Origin: Bacteroidota bacterium
GTDB lineage: Bacteria > Bacteroidota > Bacteroidia > AKYH767-A > OLB10
Length of the DNA: 64,000 bases
Assembly: GCA_046302815.1 (NCBI GenBank)
Contig: JBKCHO010000055.1
Span: 13,408-77,407 of the forward strand
Direction of reading: 5' to 3'
Below the pieces are notes generated by a model. That model made no database searches. It was not told the DNA's origin and saw only the letters and a list, made by a program, of their open reading frames with translations. The translations under genes and the position numbers were made by a program. Below are positions 58,554 through 64,000 of the stretch, one piece after another (the first letter of the stretch is position 1; every line of letters starts with the position of its first letter).

Positions 58554-58746
58554 TGTTTCGCTTTTGTTCTTGAGCGAATAGCTATAAAAAGCCGATACGC
58601 TCCATAAACAAATATAACCCATCCTGCAATGGAAAGATCCATGGTTCCCGGATCAGGATTCAAGGCTAGCATGAGACCAGCCCCCATGTATATCAACGCA
58701 ATGATTACATGGTAGGCAAAAGTCCTGAAAACGCCGTTGAGACGGT

Positions 58747-59541
58747 TCACTTGAGCGAAAACCTGATGGGGAGGTTGTATTGCACAATTACTGCTTGTCC
58801 GCGCTGTTTTCCAGCACGCCATGACGGCATGTTGCTAACCACTCGCACGGCTTCTTGATCGCAGCCTCCGCCTATTCCCCTGAGGACCTTTACTTCGTTT
58901 ACCTTGCCATCTTTTCCTACCTGGAAAGTGACAAAAACGGTGCCTGTTATTCCGTTTTCACGGGCTACTGCAGGGTATTTGATGTTATCGGAGAGATATT
59001 TTACGAGCGCGGATTCTCCACCTGGGAAGGAAGGCATCTCTTCTACGATTGTGAAAATTTCGGGCGGAGCCTCCACTGGTGCTTCTTCTGTAGGAAGATC
59101 GATGGCATTTGGGTCACCTTCTTGGGTAACTACGCCAGCTGCTACTTCCTTCAATTCTTCTTGAGTTGGGGGTGGTTCATCGTCTGGAACTTCCTCATCT
59201 TTTACTACCACCGGAGGGGTGAACTTGATGGTTTGTTGCACAGGTGGCGGAGGTGGTACAGGCGGTGGAGGAGGTTGAGTTTCGTCGATAGGAGGCGGTT
59301 GCATTAAGGTCACTTCCGTTTCAGAGAAGGCATTGTTCTCTCCCACCTGCTCATTGATTAATTTCATTATCAATGGAAGGCAAATGAATAGGACTATGGC
59401 AATAGTGGAGATAATAAATGCCCTCATAATGGTCTTACTGTAACCTTTACGGATCACATAGGCACCATAGTCCTTATTTCTTTCTTCGAAGACCATCTCC
59501 AAACGGCCTTCATTGATACAGTTTTCCCAAGCAATTTTCAT
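58747..59541 (-). CDS. tonB: Energy transducer TonB
   Basis: N-terminal TM anchor, a Pro-rich spacer (PPPIDETQPPPPPVPPPPPVQQ), and the C-terminal TonB domain (YPAVARENGITGTVFVTFQVGKDGKV). Confidence 0.8.
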   Translation of the reverse strand: MKIAWENCINEGRLEMVFEERNKDYGAYVIRKGYSKTIMRAFIISTIAIVLFICLPLIMKLINEQVGENNAFSETEVTLMQPPPIDETQPPPPPVPPPPPVQQTIKFTPPVVVKDEEVPDDEPPPTQEELKEVAAGVVTQEGDPNAIDLPTEEAPVEAPPEIFTIVEEMPSFPGGESALVKYLSDNIKYPAVARENGITGTVFVTFQVGKDGKVNEVKVLRGIGGGCDQEAVRVVSNMPSWRAGKQRGQAVIVQYNLPIRFSLK

Positions 59542-59552
59542 GGCGCAGAGAA

Positions 59553-60161
59553 TTAAATTTTTTCGATCATTTCTATCTCAACCGGGGTGATGTCTACTAT
59601 GGCATAACGACCAATGTGACAAACCGCCATCTCGTCGAGCACATCTACAAGATTCTCGTAGTTGGCATTTTCCATAGATTTGATCAAAACAATCAGACCA
59701 AGCTTGTCTTGTTTGATTTCGCCCAACCTTTTCTTGTACTCTGGGGTTTTTATCAATCCTTTGTTAAGGGAATCGCGCAATACTTCGGCACGGTTAAAGA
59801 CCCTTGAATTCTTTTGCATCAGCGTTTTGCGTAACCCGGTGGCAGATAGGTCGGTTACCATAGGTGTTGGATTATCGACACCTTGATACCAAACGACTTT
59901 GTCATCCTTTCCCAATAGAATGGTTAAAGTAAGAGACTCCGCAACCTTTTGCTGTTGTTCCTCATTGTCGGGTTTAACAGGCATGTTCACCTCCATTGTC
60001 TTCGGTTTGCTGAAGGTGGTGGTGAGCATGAAAAAGGTCAACAGCAGGAATGCCAAGTCAACCATCGGAGTCATATCGATGTGGGTCGAATGCTTTTTCT
60101 GCTTGACCTTTCCGCCTTTTTTATTTCCGCCACCTCCTTGGTCGGTATTCAGATGAGCCAT
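59553..60161 (-). CDS. exbD: Biopolymer transport protein ExbD/TolR
   Basis: IDMTPMVDLAFLLLTFFMLTTTF is the ExbD TM signature. Confidence 0.85.
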   Translation of the reverse strand: MAHLNTDQGGGGNKKGGKVKQKKHSTHIDMTPMVDLAFLLLTFFMLTTTFSKPKTMEVNMPVKPDNEEQQQKVAESLTLTILLGKDDKVVWYQGVDNPTPMVTDLSATGLRKTLMQKNSRVFNRAEVLRDSLNKGLIKTPEYKKRLGEIKQDKLGLIVLIKSMENANYENLVDVLDEMAVCHIGRYAIVDITPVEIEMIEKI

Positions 60162-60173
60162 TTGACAGACAGA

Positions 60174-60770
60174 TTAATTGGTTTGTTCTAAGTTGGTGAT
60201 AAGGTTGAACTTGTTGACCTTGTTTTCCTGGAGGATATCGATGACTCTTTTAACCGTTTTATAATCCGTATCGCGGTCACCTTTAACTGCAATACGGAAC
60301 TGGGGATTTTGCAAACGGCTGAAACGGATCCAATCGGAAAGCTGGTTGTTGACAGAGTCCATGGGTACGCCGTCTTGAGCTATACGCTTCCTGGCCTCTT
60401 CGTCCAAAGGAAGATATCGCTTCAAGTCGGCGATAGGCATACCGAAAGATGTCAACACCGAGAAACGCTTTACTTCATTATCGTTGAAGTTAATGTTATA
60501 GCGCTCTCCCATTTTCAACAGTACTTGTTGGCGGTTGGCCTGGCCATCAATGTTGAAGAAACATCCTCCTTTAGGAGTGATGGTGATGGTCATGATGTCG
60601 ATATCGGGCAATTTAATCTCCGAAATGGAGGATGGTGTATCGACCACCACGGGTTCATCAGCTCTAAACTTAGTGGTTAACATGAAGAATGTAACCAGCA
60701 AGAAAGCCAGATCCACCATTGGGGTCATATCCAACTCTGGAGACGACCTGGGGTAGGAAACCTTAGGCAT
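60174..60770 (-). CDS. exbD: Biopolymer transport protein ExbD/TolR (second paralog)
   Basis: LDMTPMVDLAFLLVTFFMLTTKF is the ExbD TM signature. Confidence 0.8.
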   Translation of the reverse strand: MPKVSYPRSSPELDMTPMVDLAFLLVTFFMLTTKFRADEPVVVDTPSSISEIKLPDIDIMTITITPKGGCFFNIDGQANRQQVLLKMGERYNINFNDNEVKRFSVLTSFGMPIADLKRYLPLDEEARKRIAQDGVPMDSVNNQLSDWIRFSRLQNPQFRIAVKGDRDTDYKTVKRVIDILQENKVNKFNLITNLEQTN

Positions 60771-60788
60771 TTTAGTGGATAGTGTTTC

Positions 60789-61595
60789 TTAGTTTTTAGA
60801 GGAGAAGCTTTGAACAATGCTGTAACCAGCCTCATCGATACCATAGGTAATGGAATCGATTTTGGTAGTAAAGAAATTGTACATGATGATGGCAACGGCG
60901 GAAGTTCCAATTCCCAAAGCCGTATTGATAAGTGCTTCTGAGATACCGTTTGCAAGAGCTACCGCATCAGGAGCTCCAGCAGTAGCCATGGCCGCACAGG
61001 CCTTAATCATACCCAATACCGTACCCAAGAGACCCAAAAGGGTTGCAATGGAGGCGATGGTTGAAATAATAGATAGGTTTTTAGATAGCATTGGGAGCTC
61101 CAAGGAAGTGGTTTCTTCTATACTCTTTTGGATGTTTGCAACCTTTTGCTCTTTATCCAGGGCAGAATCCTTGCTCATTTGCTGATAGGTTACCAGTCCA
61201 GAATAGATAACATTACCAATAGAACCTTTTTGAGCCTTGCAAGCGGTAAGAGCCTGATCGATATTACCAGAATTCATCATGGATCGAATTTCCGTTAAGA
61301 ACTGATCTACATTTTTCTTACCTCTAGACCTATTAATGGTAACAAATCGCTCGATACAAAAAGTAATGGCGATTAGGAATGTGCTCATAAGCACTGGCAC
61401 GATCACCCCACCTTTATAAACGATACCGAGATAATTTCCGGGAAGTGGGTTGTTGTCAGGATTGTTCTCGATGAAGTTGGCAGGATTTCCCAAAACAAAT
61501 TTGTATATAGCTATACAGATAAGGAGAGAAACTGGAATTACGGCATAAGTGAAAACCAGGCTTGCCGAGCTTTGGCTTGATTTTTTTTGTTCCAT
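60789..61595 (-). CDS. exbB: MotA/TolQ/ExbB proton-channel protein
   Basis: Three TM helices and a C-terminal TolQ/ExbB signature (MATAGAPDAVALANGISEALINTALGIG). Confidence 0.85.
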   Translation of the reverse strand: MEQKKSSQSSASLVFTYAVIPVSLLICIAIYKFVLGNPANFIENNPDNNPLPGNYLGIVYKGGVIVPVLMSTFLIAITFCIERFVTINRSRGKKNVDQFLTEIRSMMNSGNIDQALTACKAQKGSIGNVIYSGLVTYQQMSKDSALDKEQKVANIQKSIEETTSLELPMLSKNLSIISTIASIATLLGLLGTVLGMIKACAAMATAGAPDAVALANGISEALINTALGIGTSAVAIIMYNFFTTKIDSITYGIDEAGYSIVQSFSSKN

Positions 61596-62042
61596 GGTGA
61601 TTTTGAGAGAATTAGTTTTTAGTCGATTATGCTTTTAGATTAATTGTGTTTAAATTGAAATGGGGGCGAGAAATGTAAACCTGGCTCAAAAAACCAAACG
61701 ATAACCCAGAGGGCGTCCATGAATGTCTCGGATAAAACGAGATGATGATTTATATGTTGGCTTTAGATTCATTGCTCTTGCGCAAAACTAAATAAAAAGT
61801 ACCACTAACCACCCATTTAACGGGTATTCGTTTGCGACCATTGCAATTGAGTGCTCATTTTACAATTCAGTGGCAATTGACTTTGTCTATTGTGAACTAA
61901 TAAACTGTTATTAAGCATTTTAAAAGTAGGATTGAGCCGTAGGTTGTCAATTAAAAAAAATCGGAGATGAATGATCCTTAACAAAAAGTTAACAAGGGGG
62001 AATTTGGACAAAAGCCTAACTCCTTGACTATCAATAAATCCA

Positions 62043-64000
62043 TCAAAACTTGATAATCACACCCATTGTTGGGATCAGTGCGCCTTGGGCATTTTGAAGG
62101 TATTTCAAATCGTACCGTTGCTGTTGGTAAGGCTCTGAAGGATTGACAATGACACCCTGACTATTCAGATTTCCGTTAGCGTCCTTTTGACGATTCAATA
62201 TCAAAATCTGCTGACTGTCGGCATCGGCCAAAAGGTTCTCCAAATCCAAAAACACATTCATCACCCAGTTCTGAAATCGAATAATTCTATCGACACGAGC
62301 ATTGATTAGGTTGGTATATTTTCCTCTCGAGGCATTCAATTTGGAATAGTCGCGAACGCCTTGGTTATTAGCATCCCAAACCGGCCTAGAAGATGACAGC
62401 TCCAAATCAAATGGCGTGTAGGGCAAAGGCGATTGCATCCTCCAACTCAGACCAACCTCCCATTTGTTGTTTATCTTCTTCCCAACAGTCATATTCAATA
62501 TGTGCCTCGCATCCCAAGCAGACGGTAGATATGTTCCATATCGATCGGTGTATTCGCTCCAACCCAGGGTATAAGAAAGCATGCCGTGGTAACCCTTCCG
62601 CAATTTCTGCTGATAAAAAACTTCCAATCCATAAGCTCGACCCTTCGAGCCGTTTGTAACGGGATAGTTGCCAAAAACTCCGAAATCAACTGGAATATGA
62701 GCCATGCTGATAGTATCTCTAAGAGAAACGAGATATTCGGGGTACCATTTGTAATACCCTTCAACAGTCAAGCGACCGTCAACATTATTTTCCCACGAGA
62801 TTCCTGTGGTAAGGTGCGTATTTCGCAAATAACCCACCACATTCTTGTTAACTAGACCGGAGCTATCGGCATAACCCAAAGTGTTCAAAGGAGCCATTTG
62901 GGTATAGTTGGATATTCCTGAAGCAACGGAAACAGACGGAGAAACATGGTATGTTAACAAAAGCCGTCCAGACAAATTCGACAATGGATCGTCCGTTTTA
63001 TCATTGAAATCAGACGCATCGGCGCGAAGACCCATGTTTAAAACAAAACTTTCGTTTGCGAAGGTCTTGATAAACTGCGAAAAGAGGCTGTATTGCAGGT
63101 ACCGAACCTCAGACTGGTAAGTCACCTTCTGTTCTCCTCCTGCATTAAATGATTTGTTGAATACATCAAATGTCGCACTCAAGTCATCTACACCCCCACC
63201 AAACATCCACCTAGTGGAGTTCTTTGACCAACTGTATTCGGCTCTTCCCCGATTTGATGCTTCAATAGATTCGTATTTCAACAATAAATTGTCAGGGCTG
63301 GAGTCGTTGTTTTGATAATACTTGACAGCACTGTTGTACAAACCACTTCTACTAGCAATGATCTTCCATCCCGAGTTCCCTTGAAACCAACGGTACACCA
63401 AACCAACCGTATAGTTAGACTGGTCGCTGACTGGAAGATTATCGAGCAGGTATCGCTGAATCTCATTGTTGCCGACCTTGGCGTTCAAAGTAAAATCATC
63501 AATAGCGCCCAAGCCCAGGAATGTTATAGAGCTTTTGTCGCCGGTTCTGATCCTGACTTTAGCCAATGCATCATTGTAGACTGGCAAGAATGCGAAATCA
63601 AGCATTTCCAAAATGTATTGCCGGTATGACCTACGCGCCGAAAGTAAAACGCTATTACCAGTTCCAAAAGATTTCTCGTAAGACATCCCAGCTTCCGTAC
63701 CTCCCATCCACATCGAGTAGGATGTTGTATCTTCATTACCATCTTTTAGACGAAAATCAAAAATCGAGCTCAGTGCATTCCCCCTGTTGGGCTTGAAAGA
63801 TGAACTTGCATAATCCACATCACGCAGGTGATTGGAATTGAAAATGGAATAAGCGCCACCGGTTGCCCCTTGCGTTGTCAAATGGTTTAGTACCGGAACC
63901 TCGATATCCTCGATGTAAAATCGGTTTTCATTGGGAGCACCCCCTCTTATGATTAAATCATTTCTGAAAGAAGAAACGGTGGCCACACCTGGTAAAGCGC
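62043..64000 (-). CDS. TonB-dependent-receptor-like outer-membrane beta-barrel protein. The N-terminus lies beyond the window end.
   Basis: ATVSSFRNDLIIRGGAPNENRFYIEDIEVPVLNHL is the plug-domain motif. The long beta-rich body has an aromatic C-terminus (...TMGVIIKF). The frame stays open to position 64000. Confidence 0.7.
   Translation of the reverse strand, partial: ALPGVATVSSFRNDLIIRGGAPNENRFYIEDIEVPVLNHLTTQGATGGAYSIFNSNHLRDVDYASSSFKPNRGNALSSIFDFRLKDGNEDTTSYSMWMGGTEAGMSYEKSFGTGNSVLLSARRSYRQYILEMLDFAFLPVYNDALAKVRIRTGDKSSITFLGLGAIDDFTLNAKVGNNEIQRYLLDNLPVSDQSNYTVGLVYRWFQGNSGWKIIASRSGLYNSAVKYYQNNDSSPDNLLLKYESIEASNRGRAEYSWSKNSTRWMFGGGVDDLSATFDVFNKSFNAGGEQKVTYQSEVRYLQYSLFSQFIKTFANESFVLNMGLRADASDFNDKTDDPLSNLSGRLLLTYHVSPSVSVASGISNYTQMAPLNTLGYADSSGLVNKNVVGYLRNTHLTTGISWENNVDGRLTVEGYYKWYPEYLVSLRDTISMAHIPVDFGVFGNYPVTNGSKGRAYGLEVFYQQKLRKGYHGMLSYTLGWSEYTDRYGTYLPSAWDARHILNMTVGKKINNKWEVGLSWRMQSPLPYTPFDLELSSSRPVWDANNQGVRDYSKLNASRGKYTNLINARVDRIIRFQNWVMNVFLDLENLLADADSQQILILNRQKDANGNLNSQGVIVNPSEPYQQQRYDLKYLQNAQGALIPTMGVIIKF

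Noticed and set aside
61817-62011. 64-aa minus-strand ORF in the exbB upstream leader
   Set aside because: It is AT-rich with no RBS-like context or motifs. The region is more likely a promoter or leader for the TonB cluster plus the 3' UTR of the upstream receptor gene.
1-64000. CRISPR arrays, tRNA/rRNA genes, IS elements and prophage or integrase genes
   Set aside because: I found no regularly spaced direct repeats, no cloverleaf-like conserved tRNA boxes, and no transposase, integrase or phage structural motifs in any frame. I cannot run tRNAscan or Rfam, so small RNAs may have been missed.

Overview
This looks like a 64-kb chromosomal stretch from a Bacteroidota genome, most likely a Flavobacteriia-type aquatic bacterium, at roughly 45% GC. 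Support: four predicted proteins carrying type IX secretion (T9SS) C-terminal sorting domains; the Bacteroidetes-typical glmS / DUF4270 / short glycogen synthase / panC / panD block; a TPR / PstS-like / TonB / ExbD / ExbD / ExbB cluster; a MurF-Alr fusion; and a proteorhodopsin with Met at the spectral-tuning position next to blh. About 55 protein-coding genes are tightly packed, and most are housekeeping (glmS, thiL, panCD, radA, ruvB, queG, lipB, purD, purQ, tdk, murF-alr, a DAHP synthase-chorismate mutase fusion, an acyl-CoA carboxyltransferase beta subunit, methylmalonyl-CoA epimerase). By eye I found no rRNA, tRNA, CRISPR array, transposase, integrase or obvious mobile-element boundary. 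Three things stand out. First, a roughly 13-kb island (16.4-29.5 kb) of T9SS-sorted surface proteins: two tandem ~1150-aa paralogs rich in BNR/Asp-box repeats, and a divergently oriented 890-aa adhesin-like protein built from a duplicated super-module. The second paralog and the adhesin share an uncharacterised ~150-aa module that ends in an invariant YYFFYNW..TE..C motif. A small secreted protein with 13-aa tandem repeats sits inside the same island. Second, a light-harvesting pair: a green-type DTE proteorhodopsin with its own terminator, followed by the blh retinal-forming dioxygenase, with no crt genes nearby. Third, the conserved Bacteroidetes TonB energising cluster, which has a tiny overlapping membrane ORF. 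I cannot point to a clearly novel defence-type or other undescribed system from sequence alone. The best candidates for new biology are the shared adhesin module and the repeat protein. All family calls come from motif recognition without database searches and should be confirmed with HMM or BLAST.
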